Positions 1-9,646 of a stretch of 64,000 bases of DNA are shown here, in pieces. Every line of letters starts with the position of its first letter. Position 1 is the stretch's first letter. The position numbers were made by a program, and so were the translations under genes. The notes beneath the pieces are model-generated. The model was not told where the DNA came from and did no database searches. It was given only the letters and a program-made list of their open reading frames with translations. The DNA comes from Candidatus Xenobia bacterium (GTDB taxonomy: Bacteria; Vulcanimicrobiota; Xenobia; Xenobiales; QWHO01), in the NCBI GenBank assembly GCA_045863235.1, contig BTUM01000036.1, positions 9,711-73,710 of the forward strand, given 5' to 3'.

Positions 1-534
1 GCCTTTGGCCTGCACCCCTGGTGGGTGGGCCCCGACTGGCGAAGCGATCTGGCCCGGCTGGACCTGACGGGCGCCCTGGCGGTGGGCGAGATCGGGTTGG
101 ACCGGCTCAAGCCCCACTTCGAGCTCCAACTCGAGGCCTTCCAGGCCCAGCTCGAGCTGGCGCGAGCTCACCAGCTTCCGGTGGTGCTGCACGTTGTCAA
201 GGCCCACGAGGCGGCCCTCCCCCACCTCCACGAAGTTGGCGGCGTCATGCACTCCTATTCGGGCTCGCGCGAGCAGCTCAGACCCTTTCTCGAGCGCGGA
301 CTGTATGTCTCGTTCTCGCCCGGCGTCCTGCGCGGGGGCAAGAAAGTCGAGGGGGCGGTTAAGACGGTGCCGCTGGAGCGCCTGCTGGTGGAGACCGACT
401 CACCCTACCAGACCGGCGAGCCCGCCGACCTGCCGCGGGTGGTGGCCGAGGTCGCTCGCCTGCGCGGGCTCGATCCCGTCCAGGTGGCCGAAGCGACCGA
501 GGAGAATGCCCGCCGACTCTTTGGGATCTCCTGA
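1..534 (+). CDS. tatD: TatD family metal-dependent hydrolase (5' end outside window)
   Basis: Frame 1 open from base 1 (AFGLHPWW); motifs GLHP, AVGEIGLD, LPVVLH, HSYSG, LLVETDSP, NARRLF. Confidence 0.9.
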   Translation, partial: AFGLHPWWVGPDWRSDLARLDLTGALAVGEIGLDRLKPHFELQLEAFQAQLELARAHQLPVVLHVVKAHEAALPHLHEVGGVMHSYSGSREQLRPFLERGLYVSFSPGVLRGGKKVEGAVKTVPLERLLVETDSPYQTGEPADLPRVVAEVARLRGLDPVQVAEATEENARRLFGIS

Positions 535-557
535 AATCTTTGCTACCATGAAAGCCT

Positions 558-2684
558 ATGAGAAGACAGCAAGGCATCGTTCTGATCATCATCATCATCC
601 TGGCCGTCGTGACTGTCATGTTTGTCGGGTCGGCAGCTCGACTCACCTATGGCAACCTGTACGCCGGCCAGTCCGGGACAATTCACGACGACGCCGAGCG
701 AGCCGCCGAGTCGGGTGTGCAGTATGCTCTTTCTCAGTTGCGAGCCAATCCCGCCTGGCGCGGCGACCGCAATGAGGTGACCGTCAATGCGCCTGACCTG
801 TTCGTGGTCGAGGACAACGGCAACGTGGTGGGCCTGGTCCGCACCCCTGATCAAAAGTGGTCTCAGTTTCGTCTGCGCTTCAACTATCAAGATGGTGGTC
901 CGGCCGAGGACGGCCTGAGCGACCCGGCAATGACTCTCGACACTCCCTACGTCTCGGTGAACAATCTTGAAGGCGGCGCTGCTGCTGCCGTGCCACGGGC
1001 CGATGGGGCCGGGTGGTCTGTGACCCCGGGCAGCGAGCGACCCTTCGCGACGCCGGCTGGCACCGTGTGCCTGGCCGTGGAGGGCCGGGCCGGGTCGGGC
1101 TTGCTGGCGGCCAGTCCGGCCAACCCGAATCCGGCTGGCGTGGTGGCGACGCGCAAGGTCGTGGAGGCCATCTTTGCCCTCCAGGGAGCTCTGGGCGAGG
1201 AAGTCGAGGAGTCCGCGATGATGGCCGCTCAGGGGGTTTCTGTGGCGATCCCGCCCGATGGAGGGTCGTTGAGCCTCTCCTCGGCCGGCTCGGACAAGGC
1301 GCGCCTGCGCAGCAAAGGGCAGGTCAGCGTGCTCGGAGGCGATGCGACCAGGGAGAACTTGACCGGAGCGAATGCCGAGGTAGCCACACCCACCAGCACT
1401 GTGGACGCCCGCTACCAGGCCGCCGACATCGGAATGGCCGAGGAGAAGCCCGACGATCCCTTCTTCCGCTTGCTGTGGGACGATGTGCGCAAGGCCCAGG
1501 CCAGCGATCCCACTCTCAAAGCCGGAACCTACGTCTGGTGGGAGGACGGCTCTCTGCACTATTACGACATGAGCCACGACGACTACGTGGCCTTCATTGA
1601 GAAAAATCCCAAGGATCCGGGCCTGCCGGCCGACCTGGGCTCGGCCGTGACGTCCGAGCAATCCGATGGCAAGCTGAAGCTGGTGGTGGGCTCGAGCGTC
1701 AACGTCACCCCGGGCACGACCGACGAGTTGAACATCCTGGTCCGCTCCGGCGCCGCCGAAGAGCCACCCGCCACCAAGACCGGGGGAGACGAGGCAAACG
1801 CGCTCATCAGCCTGGCAGGGGCCGAGCCGAAAGTGCTGCTGAAGGTCTTGCAGGTGACTCAGGACCTTCCTCCGCCGGATCAGAACGTCAAGCAGGGCGT
1901 CGCCGAGCTTTACGACGACAAGGGGGTGTCTCACGGCTACCTCAAATGGGACCTCGACACGCAGACGGTCGAATCCGGCGGTGATCTTCAACGGCTGCTG
2001 TGGACCCTGGCGGCAGACAGCGCGGTCCCTGGCGACAATCTGAACGGCGTCTTCAACATGTTTAACGCCTACATCGTAGCCAGCGATCTGGGCATCACTG
2101 CCAGCGAAGCACCGGGCGAGCTGGACCTTCCCGGCGTGACCGACAAGCTGACGGCCTCCGATGTCGAGCTCGAGTTCAGGGGCAACAATGGCAAGGAGGT
2201 CGTGCTGACGAGCACCGGCTCGCTCCACATCACGGGTGGGCTTCGCGGGACAGACGCCTCCATCGTCTCCGGAGGAGACATCAAGGTGGTCGGGATGGCG
2301 GTGGACTTCGCCGCCAGCCAGAATCAGGCGGTGAGCCTCTATGCCAAAGGGGACATCGTGATGTCGACGCTGGACAAGCTGCCCGATGGGAACTACCAGT
2401 TCCAGGACGTCAAAATGAAGGGAGTCGTCTACTCCTGGGGCGATTTCGTCGCCAAACTGGGAACCAAGGATGGCCCGGCTGGCAACCTGGCCCTCGAGGG
2501 CTCGCTCATCGCCTATGGCGGCGATCCCACCGACGCCCCTGGTGCCAACGGCAAGGGCAACGTCCTGATTATGGCCAACAACGCCGAGCTCAAGTTTAAC
2601 TCGGCCTACGTGGCCAAGATGATCAGGAAGCTGCCTGATACGTTCAGTTTGCAGAAGCTCTCCTGGACCAACCACCTCCCCTGA
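558..2684 (+). CDS. Large PilX/GspK-like minor pilin, 708 aa
   Basis: MRRQQG|IVLIIIIIL class III signal without Glu5; 'AERAAESGVQYALSQL' PilX-type helix; C-terminal G/V/I-rich beta repeats. Confidence 0.7.
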   Translation: MRRQQGIVLIIIIILAVVTVMFVGSAARLTYGNLYAGQSGTIHDDAERAAESGVQYALSQLRANPAWRGDRNEVTVNAPDLFVVEDNGNVVGLVRTPDQKWSQFRLRFNYQDGGPAEDGLSDPAMTLDTPYVSVNNLEGGAAAAVPRADGAGWSVTPGSERPFATPAGTVCLAVEGRAGSGLLAASPANPNPAGVVATRKVVEAIFALQGALGEEVEESAMMAAQGVSVAIPPDGGSLSLSSAGSDKARLRSKGQVSVLGGDATRENLTGANAEVATPTSTVDARYQAADIGMAEEKPDDPFFRLLWDDVRKAQASDPTLKAGTYVWWEDGSLHYYDMSHDDYVAFIEKNPKDPGLPADLGSAVTSEQSDGKLKLVVGSSVNVTPGTTDELNILVRSGAAEEPPATKTGGDEANALISLAGAEPKVLLKVLQVTQDLPPPDQNVKQGVAELYDDKGVSHGYLKWDLDTQTVESGGDLQRLLWTLAADSAVPGDNLNGVFNMFNAYIVASDLGITASEAPGELDLPGVTDKLTASDVELEFRGNNGKEVVLTSTGSLHITGGLRGTDASIVSGGDIKVVGMAVDFAASQNQAVSLYAKGDIVMSTLDKLPDGNYQFQDVKMKGVVYSWGDFVAKLGTKDGPAGNLALEGSLIAYGGDPTDAPGANGKGNVLIMANNAELKFNSAYVAKMIRKLPDTFSLQKLSWTNHLP

Positions 2685-2691
2685 CAGCGCC

Positions 2692-3177
2692 ATGAACCGT
2701 CGGGCCTTCACCTTCACCGAGTTAATCCTGGCCGTGGGTCTGCTGGCCGTCCTGCTCTTGACGCTGGTAGCTCTGACTCTCTCCACGCTGCGATCCAACC
2801 AGAAGGCGACCCTGCTCGGTCCGGCCAGTCGGGCGGCCAGGACGCTCCTCAATGAATCGCTCTATCAAGTGGAGTTCGACCGCCCGGCTGGCACGCGCGA
2901 CTCATTCTGGAACACGAACGGGCTGTGGAAGGACAGCACGCTGGAGGGGCCATTCTCGAGCGGCGGCGTCGATTACCAGTACGCGATCTATGCCAACACC
3001 GTGTTCGATTCGAGCGGCGCGACACTGGGAAGGGACCCGGGGAATCGCGTGAAAAAGGTCGACCTGGTCTTGTGGTGGTACAACACCCGGCCCCAACAGG
3101 GCTATCGAGAAGGAATGGGACGCCTGGAGCTCCAGGCGAGCCGACTGGTCAATGAAATCCCGCCTCCCACGCCGTAA
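2692..3177 (+). CDS. Prepilin-type N-terminal cleavage/methylation protein (PilV-like)
   Basis: MNRRA|FTFTE followed by a hydrophobic helix. Confidence 0.8.
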   Translation: MNRRAFTFTELILAVGLLAVLLLTLVALTLSTLRSNQKATLLGPASRAARTLLNESLYQVEFDRPAGTRDSFWNTNGLWKDSTLEGPFSSGGVDYQYAIYANTVFDSSGATLGRDPGNRVKKVDLVLWWYNTRPQQGYREGMGRLELQASRLVNEIPPPTP

Positions 3178-3970
3178 CGCGACCCGTGGCACGACCCTGC
3201 TCGAGCTCCTGCTCGGGATGGGCCTCTTTACGCTGATTATGGTCGTGCTGGTGGGTCTGTTCAATCAGAGCCTGGTCATCTGGCGCACGACCTCGGGGGC
3301 CGATACCTCGATGCGCGAGCTGCGCCGGGTGGTTGCCGCCCTGGACCGAGACCTCGCGCTGGCCAGCCCCACCATGCTGTCTCGCACCCCGGTCGTCGAC
3401 CACCTGGGTGGGGGCGGCCAGGATGGGGAGGCCCTCTGGTTCTTGTCGCCGCTCGACCCGGCCACAGGCCAGATTGCGCGCAAGCTGGACGGCTCGCCTC
3501 TGTGGATGCGAAACGTGCTCTACTACCTGGTCGTGCCTGCCAACCACGACACCGTCTTCCAGATGAGCTGTCCCGGCGGAGCCGGTCCCAACGGCTATGA
3601 TGATCGATGCCCTCACAAGATCCTGATCCGCAAGGTGATCGACTCGGGCCCTCCCACCCTGGCTGGCGACGAGGCGAGCCAAGAAGAACTACTGGCCGAT
3701 GTCTCCGCCTACCTCACCCAACCCGATGGATTCGACCTGAGCGCCATGGCCGAGCCTGGACTCGAGGACAAGCGGGTCATCGCCAACAACCTGCTGATGT
3801 TCCAGACCATCACCTCGCCGCCGCCCGCGGGCGCCCCCCGAGAGGTGGCCGTGGACGTGCGGGCGATGTCCGTGGAGGAAGCGCGCCGCGAGATCCGCGT
3901 GGGGCAGGAAGCGGGCGCAAGCTCGAGATTCACGTTGCAGCTACCCTTCTCAGTCCTCCTTCAAAACTGA
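3152..3970 (+). CDS. Prepilin-type protein (PilW/GspJ-like)
   Basis: RG|TTLLELLLGMGLF motif; two Cys in the C-terminal half. Confidence 0.8.
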   Translation: MKSRLPRRNATRGTTLLELLLGMGLFTLIMVVLVGLFNQSLVIWRTTSGADTSMRELRRVVAALDRDLALASPTMLSRTPVVDHLGGGGQDGEALWFLSPLDPATGQIARKLDGSPLWMRNVLYYLVVPANHDTVFQMSCPGGAGPNGYDDRCPHKILIRKVIDSGPPTLAGDEASQEELLADVSAYLTQPDGFDLSAMAEPGLEDKRVIANNLLMFQTITSPPPAGAPREVAVDVRAMSVEEARREIRVGQEAGASSRFTLQLPFSVLLQN

Positions 3971-4518
3971 GCCCAGCTCAACTCGGCAGGGGTGAGGTCG
4001 CGCCACTGGCCGGGCGCAAGATCGCCGAGCTCCACCTCCCCCACCCGCACCCGGATCAGCCGCAGGGTCGGGTGACCCACCGCCGCCGTCATGCGGCGCA
4101 CCTGGCGGTTGCGCCCTTCGGTCAAAGAGAGCTCGATCCAGGCCGTAGGGACGTTCTTACGATAGCGGATCGGCACCGAGCGCTCGGGCGGCTCGAAGCC
4201 CTCGAGCAGGCGTGCCTTTGCGGGCAGGGTCAGCCGCCCGTCCAGCTCGACCCCGGTCTCGAGCCGCCTCAACTCGGCCGGGCCGGGGATGCGCTCCACC
4301 TGAGCGCGGTAGGTCTTCCAGTGGCTCCCCGGGCGGAGCAGCCGATTCTGAAAGCGAGCGTCGTCGCTGAGCAAGAGCAGGCCCTCGCTGTCAAGATCGA
4401 GCCGACCCAACGGGTAGACCCGGGGCACATCCACGAACTGCTTCAGGGTGGGGCGTCCGTGGGGGTCGGTGAAGCGGCACATCACCCCGTAAGGCTTGTG
4501 AAAGGCCAGATAGCGCAT
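3961..4518 (-). CDS. rluE: RsuA-family pseudouridine synthase without S4 domain (RluE-like)
   Basis: FHKPYGV, GRLDLDSEGLLL, EGRNRQVRRM motifs. Confidence 0.88.
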   Translation of the reverse strand: MRYLAFHKPYGVMCRFTDPHGRPTLKQFVDVPRVYPLGRLDLDSEGLLLLSDDARFQNRLLRPGSHWKTYRAQVERIPGPAELRRLETGVELDGRLTLPAKARLLEGFEPPERSVPIRYRKNVPTAWIELSLTEGRNRQVRRMTAAVGHPTLRLIRVRVGEVELGDLAPGQWRDLTPAELSWAQF

Positions 4519-4521
4519 CGT

Positions 4522-5124
4522 TTAGCGCTGACGCAGCAAGTGCTCGGCGGCGGCCAGGTCTTCGGGCCGGTTCACGTTGCACAGCATGCCCTCGAGCTCG
4601 TCGGAGTGAGCTTCTACAAGCCGAGCCTGAAGCAGGTGCGCGAATTTGCGCGCTTTGCGCTCACCCGCTTCCAGAAACTGTCGCAACTCCGGTCCCAGGT
4701 CGCTGCGGTAGAGCCCCGGAAAGGGCTCTGGCTGGGGCCCGAGCAGCATCGTGTCCTGACCGGCCGCCAGGTCGGGATAGCTGAAGGGAACGTGCACCAG
4801 CACGGCCCGATCGTCCACCTGGCGGACGTTCACCAGGCGTTCGAGCAAACTCGGGCGCACGGCCGGCATGTCCACGGTGGCCACCAGCACCCAGGCGGTA
4901 TCGGCCCGATTCAGGGCCGTCAGCAAGCCCCCCAGAGGGCCCAGCCCCGGCTGCTCGTCGCTCAGCCCATACTCGCCTCCTACCACGATCAGCTTGTCGC
5001 AATGAGGTCGTAGCAGATCGCGTGCGTGCTCGAGCAAAGACTTGCCCAGCACCAGGCGCTCGGGCTTGTCTCCTCCCATGCGACTGCCGGCACCGCCTGC
5101 CAGCACCACCCCGGTAATGGCCAG
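4522..5124 (-). CDS. mobA: Molybdenum cofactor guanylyltransferase (start uncertain: CTG 5124, ATT 5118 or GTG 5109)
   Basis: VLAGGAGSRMGGDK, GPLGGL, VDMP, NVNRPED. The longer ORF-track N-terminus overlaps the PBP gene and is spurious. Confidence 0.88.
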   Translation of the reverse strand: MAITGVVLAGGAGSRMGGDKPERLVLGKSLLEHARDLLRPHCDKLIVVGGEYGLSDEQPGLGPLGGLLTALNRADTAWVLVATVDMPAVRPSLLERLVNVRQVDDRAVLVHVPFSYPDLAAGQDTMLLGPQPEPFPGLYRSDLGPELRQFLEAGERKARKFAHLLQARLVEAHSDELEGMLCNVNRPEDLAAAEHLLRQR

Positions 5125-5128
5125 AAGT

Positions 5129-7447
5129 CTACATCTCCGGCCCGGCCGGACCGGGCTCGGGCGGTGGGGCCTCGATCGGCACCGGGGCCGGCTCGGGCGG
5201 GGCTTCCATAGGAATCTCGATCGGTATCGGCTCGGGGGCGGGTATGGCCTCGCCACCGGGCACTCCCGGGTCGGCCACCGGCTCGGGCAGCGGCAATGGC
5301 CCCTCGCCCAGAGGCACTTCCACCGGTGTGGGGATCTCGCCCGGTCCTTCCTCGACCGGAGCGGTGGGAGAGGCCGGACCGGTCGGCCGGGCCGGACCGG
5401 TGGGAGCCGGCCGGGCGATGCCGGTGCTCGGCAGCGGCCGGGCGCCATGCGAATCGCAGTAGGTGCCGGGCAGCTGCCCGGGCTTGTAGTATTCGCGATA
5501 CACCTTGGGACAGTTCGGACCAGCCCGCTTGTGCGAGGTCGTGCACATCAAACAGGGCAGGGTGGGACCTTTGCGCACCTTCCACCTGAGGTTGGGCTTG
5601 CCCTCGAGGGCAGCCATCATGACCTGCTTCCAGAGCGGGGCGCACACGTCGCCCCCAAAGACGCCGTACATCTGGGTAAAGTCGTCGTTGCCCACCCAGA
5701 CGGCCGCAGTGTACTGAGGGGTGAATCCGCAGAACCAGATGTCGCGGTGGCTGGAGGTGGTGCCCGTCTTGCCGGCGCAACGACGGCCGTCGATGTAGGA
5801 AGCGTAGCCGGTGCCGTTCTTGGCGGCATTCTCGAGCATGTCGGTCATATAGTATGCGGTCGACTCGGCCAGCACTTCCTCGTAATGGGGGAAGCGATTG
5901 TCCTCGACGATGTTGCCCTCGCTGTCCTTGATGACGCTGATGGGCGAGGGATCGATGCGGATGCCGCCATTGGCCACCACCGAATAAGCCGTGGCCATCT
6001 CCAGCGGGGAGATGTCGCAGGCGCCCAGAGGCAGCGACACGACCGGCTCGAGCTTCTCACGCACGCCCATCCGGTAGGCGTAATCGATGACCCGGTCGAT
6101 GCCCACGATCATGGCCATGCGCACGGCGACCACGTTGCGAGAGTGCTGCAGAGCCACCTTGAGGGGCACCGCGCCCAGGAAGCGGCCATCCGAGTTCTGA
6201 GGCGAGTAGGCCGGCTCGCCCGGGCCCATGTTGTAGCTGATGGGCGAGTCGGGCACCACCGAGTCGGGGGTCATGCCCGACTCGAGGGCGGTCACATAGA
6301 CGAACAGCTTGAAGGAGGAGCCGGGCTGGCGCCGGGCCTGCCAGGCGCGGTTGAACTGGCTCTTGTCGCTCCAGCCCACCCCGCCCACCATGGCGCGGAT
6401 GTAGCCGGTGCCGTTCTCGAGCACCACGATGGCGCCCTGGTGGAAGTTGAAGATGTTGCCCTCGGCCTTGATGCGCTGCTTGAGCAGCTCCTCGCACTTC
6501 TTCTGCAGCTTCAGGTCGACCGTGGTGTAGACGCGCAGGCCGCCCCGGTAGAGCAAGTCTTCGTCGTAGCGGCGATACAGCTCTTTGATGACGAAACTGG
6601 TGAAGTAGGGATACTTCAGCAGTTGGAACTCCTTGCGGTCCTGGTTGGCGATCTTCATCTTGGGAAGAGCATCCAGGGCCGCCTGATACTCGGCCTGGGT
6701 GATGTAACCCTCGCTCTTCATGCTTTGCAGCACGAGCTTCTGGCGCTCTTGCGAGGCCTGTTTGTTGACCAGGGGAGAGTACTCGGTGGGCGCCTGCGGG
6801 AGGCCCGCCAGAAGCGAAGCCTCCACGATGTTCAGGTCCTTGGCCTTCTTGTTGAAGTAAGTGCTGGAAGCCGCCTGGACGCCGTGAGCCCCGGCCCCGA
6901 AGTAGATCTGGTTGAGGTAGAGCTCGAGGATCTCTTGCTTGGTAAAGCGCTTCTCGATCTGCATGGCCAGGATGGCCTCTTTGATCTTGCGGTCGATGGT
7001 GCGCTTGGGGGTCAAGAACAGGTTGCGGGCAAGCTGCATGGTGATGGTGGAGGCGCCCTGCTTGTCGCCCCCCTTGTAGCTCGCGTAGGCGGCGCGTGCC
7101 ACGCCGATGGGGTCCACCCCGTGGTGATCGTAGAAGCGGCGGTCCTCGATGGCCAGCACGGCCTTGACCATGTTGGGGGAGATCTTCTCGAGCGGGGTCC
7201 AGGTGCGGTTCTCGCGGAACAAGGTGGCGATCAGGGTGCCATCGGCCGCGTAGATGCGGGTGGTCTCGGAGGGCTCGTAGTAGCGCAGCTTGCCCACGTC
7301 CGGGAGGCCCCGGGAGTAGTGGTTCAGCACCGCCAGCAGGGCGGCCAGGGTGACCAGGAGCAAGCTCAGCAGGCCGAGCACCCCGAAGATCAGGATCTTC
7401 AGGCAGCCTTTCTTGACACTGCCGCTCTTTTGTCCTTTGCCGCTCAT
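5129..7447 (-). CDS. Class A penicillin-binding protein (PBP1A family)
   Basis: N-terminal TM; EDRRFYDHHG, GASTITMQLARN, RKIKE; transpeptidase SSFK, SRN, KTG; Pro/Glu-rich tail. Confidence 0.95.
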   Translation of the reverse strand: MSGKGQKSGSVKKGCLKILIFGVLGLLSLLLVTLAALLAVLNHYSRGLPDVGKLRYYEPSETTRIYAADGTLIATLFRENRTWTPLEKISPNMVKAVLAIEDRRFYDHHGVDPIGVARAAYASYKGGDKQGASTITMQLARNLFLTPKRTIDRKIKEAILAMQIEKRFTKQEILELYLNQIYFGAGAHGVQAASSTYFNKKAKDLNIVEASLLAGLPQAPTEYSPLVNKQASQERQKLVLQSMKSEGYITQAEYQAALDALPKMKIANQDRKEFQLLKYPYFTSFVIKELYRRYDEDLLYRGGLRVYTTVDLKLQKKCEELLKQRIKAEGNIFNFHQGAIVVLENGTGYIRAMVGGVGWSDKSQFNRAWQARRQPGSSFKLFVYVTALESGMTPDSVVPDSPISYNMGPGEPAYSPQNSDGRFLGAVPLKVALQHSRNVVAVRMAMIVGIDRVIDYAYRMGVREKLEPVVSLPLGACDISPLEMATAYSVVANGGIRIDPSPISVIKDSEGNIVEDNRFPHYEEVLAESTAYYMTDMLENAAKNGTGYASYIDGRRCAGKTGTTSSHRDIWFCGFTPQYTAAVWVGNDDFTQMYGVFGGDVCAPLWKQVMMAALEGKPNLRWKVRKGPTLPCLMCTTSHKRAGPNCPKVYREYYKPGQLPGTYCDSHGARPLPSTGIARPAPTGPARPTGPASPTAPVEEGPGEIPTPVEVPLGEGPLPLPEPVADPGVPGGEAIPAPEPIPIEIPMEAPPEPAPVPIEAPPPEPGPAGPEM

Positions 7448-7854
7448 GAGGAGGTCACCTCGCTGGACTTTACCGAGTCGAGCAAACCGTTGACGAAGGC
7501 GCCCGACTTCTCGTCGCCATAGACCTTGGCCAGCTCCACTGCCTCGTTGATCACCACCGCCGGTGGGGTCTCAGGACAGTGCAGCAGCTCATAGATGCCC
7601 AGGCGCAGCAGGCAGCGATCGACGCGGCTCAACCGATCCAGTTTCCAGTTTACTGCTTTCTGCTCGATCAGTCGATCGATCTGCGACTGGTATTCCAGGA
7701 CTCCCCGACACATTGCCTGAACAAAATTCAACACCGCGGGGTCGTTCGCCTCCTCGGCCACCCGAACCATGGCATCTTCCACGCTGGCGCCCCCCACGTC
7801 CATCATGAACAGGGCATTCAGCGTTTCGACGCGAGCCTGACGGCGCTTTTTCAC
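7444..7854 (-). CDS. nusB: Transcription antitermination factor NusB
   Basis: RRQAR, WKLDRLSRVDRCLLR, INEAVELAKVYG, FVNGLLD. Confidence 0.95.
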   Translation of the reverse strand: MKKRRQARVETLNALFMMDVGGASVEDAMVRVAEEANDPAVLNFVQAMCRGVLEYQSQIDRLIEQKAVNWKLDRLSRVDRCLLRLGIYELLHCPETPPAVVINEAVELAKVYGDEKSGAFVNGLLDSVKSSEVTSS

Positions 7855-9213
7855 TCAGGCCTCGGCCATGACCTGGGACAGCTGGGATTCCACGAAAGTG
7901 GTGTGTACCTCTCCGCGTCGGAAGGACTCGTTCTGCAGGAAACGACGGTGGAAGTCCAGCGTGGTGCGCACTCCCTCCACGCGCATCTCAGCCAGGGCGC
8001 GCTGCATACGAGCCAGGGCCTCGTTGCGGTCGGCGCCGTGGGTGATCACTTTGGCCAGCAGGGAGTCGTAATAGGGCAGCACGCTCGAGCCGCCGTAGAG
8101 GTGGCTGTCCACTCGCACTCCCGGCCCTCCCGGAAGGTGCAGGTGGCGGATCAGCCCCAGGCTGGGCATGAAACCCGAGGCCGGATCTTCTGCGTTGATG
8201 CGGCACTCGATCGAGTGGCCGGTCAGGCGCACCTGGTCTTGAGTGAAGGGCAACTCGTGTCCGGCGGCCACCAGAATCTGCTGCTTGACCAGGTCGATGC
8301 CGGTCACCATCTCGGTCACCGGATGCTCGACCTGGATGCGCGTGTTCATCTCCAGGAAGTAGAAATCGCCGTTGCGCGCATCAAACAAGAACTCCACCGT
8401 GCCCGCCCCGGCATAGTTGCTGGCCTGGGCCGCCCGCACCGCGGCCGCGCCCATCTTCTCACGCTGCTCGGGGGTGAGAGCCAGGGAGGGAGACTCCTCG
8501 ATCAGCTTCTGGTTGCGACGCTGGACCGAGCAATCGCGCTCACCCAGGTGGACCAGGTGGCCATGCTCGTCGCCAAGCACCTGGAACTCGATATGGCGTG
8601 CGTTAGGGAGGAACTTCTCGAGGTAGATGCGCCCGTCCCCGAAGGCGGCTTCGGCCTCGCTGCGGGCCGTATCGAAGAATTTTTGCATCTGGCCCGGCTC
8701 GGTGACCACGCGCATCCCCTTGCCGCCGCCCCCGGCAGCCGCTTTGAGCATCATGGGATAGCCGTGCTCCTCGGCAAAGGCCAGGGCATCTTTGACGTCC
8801 TGCACCTCGTTGGTGCCCGGCAGCACCGGCACCCCGGCCGAGATGACACTCTGGCGGGCCTGAGCCTTGTCGCCCATCAAGCGCATGGCCTGCACGCTGG
8901 GACCGATGAAGGTGAGATGATGGCTCTGGCAGATCTCCACGAAGCTCGGGTTCTCGGCCAGGAAGCCGTAGCCGGGATGAATGGCCTCGGCCCCGGCGAT
9001 GGTGGCCGCGGCAATGATGTTGGGAATGTTGAGATACGAGCCGGTCGCCTGAGCCGGGCCTACGCAGAAGGCTTCGTCGGCCAGGGTGACGTGCAGGCTC
9101 TCCTTGTCCACGTCCGAATGGATGGCCACCGTCTTGATGTCCAGCTCGCGGCAGGCGCGCAGCACCCGCAGAGCGATTTCCCCCCGATTGGCGATCAGGA
9201 TCTTCTTAAACAT
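7855..9213 (-). CDS. accC: Acetyl-CoA carboxylase biotin carboxylase subunit
   Basis: ILIANRGEIA, HPGYGFLAEN, GGGGKGM, ERDCSVQRRNQK, EMNTRIQVEH. Confidence 0.96.
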   Translation of the reverse strand: MFKKILIANRGEIALRVLRACRELDIKTVAIHSDVDKESLHVTLADEAFCVGPAQATGSYLNIPNIIAAATIAGAEAIHPGYGFLAENPSFVEICQSHHLTFIGPSVQAMRLMGDKAQARQSVISAGVPVLPGTNEVQDVKDALAFAEEHGYPMMLKAAAGGGGKGMRVVTEPGQMQKFFDTARSEAEAAFGDGRIYLEKFLPNARHIEFQVLGDEHGHLVHLGERDCSVQRRNQKLIEESPSLALTPEQREKMGAAAVRAAQASNYAGAGTVEFLFDARNGDFYFLEMNTRIQVEHPVTEMVTGIDLVKQQILVAAGHELPFTQDQVRLTGHSIECRINAEDPASGFMPSLGLIRHLHLPGGPGVRVDSHLYGGSSVLPYYDSLLAKVITHGADRNEALARMQRALAEMRVEGVRTTLDFHRRFLQNESFRRGEVHTTFVESQLSQVMAEA

Positions 9214-9646
9214 CAGCGCGCACCACCATCAAGGCCTGCCCATACTGCACCGGCTCGCCCTCGGCGACCAGCAGCTCGGCCAGCTCGCCCTCTTCGGGCG
9301 AGCGTACCTCGTGCCTCAAGCTAACAGACTCGATCAGGCCCACAACTTGCTCCTTCTTGACGCGCTGGCCGGGACGGGCGGTCTCCACGACGCGGAAGAT
9401 GCCCACCACCAGCGATGTAACCGGCACGCCGGTGGCCAGCGCGACCTCCTCCTCGGAGGGCTCTTCCTCCTCGAGCTCGGCCTCGGTCGAAACCGGCAGC
9501 CCCCAACCGGTGGCCGCTCGGCGCACCCGCAGGGAGCGCTTGCCCACCTCCACGGTCAGCTCGCGCAGACCTTCCTCCTCGGCCAGCCGGGCCATCTCGC
9601 GGGCCACCTGCTCGAGGTCCTTCTCAACGCGCTCCAAGGTCTTCAC
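9206..9646 (-). CDS. AccB/BCCP-like biotinyl-domain protein lacking the biotinylated lysine
   Basis: BCCP layout (RELTVEVG..., VTSLVVGIFR, GEPVQYGQAL) directly upstream of accC, but EAMKM is replaced by ESVSL. Confidence 0.8.
   Translation of the reverse strand: MKTLERVEKDLEQVAREMARLAEEEGLRELTVEVGKRSLRVRRAATGWGLPVSTEAELEEEEPSEEEVALATGVPVTSLVVGIFRVVETARPGQRVKKEQVVGLIESVSLRHEVRSPEEGELAELLVAEGEPVQYGQALMVVRADV

Noticed and set aside
543..9324. Long antisense/shadow ORFs (543-2852, 5042-7522, 7579-9324; also 32326-34512, 34242-36275, 45265-47328)
   Set aside because: They mirror recognisable genes on the opposite strand, which is expected from stop-codon scarcity at high GC.
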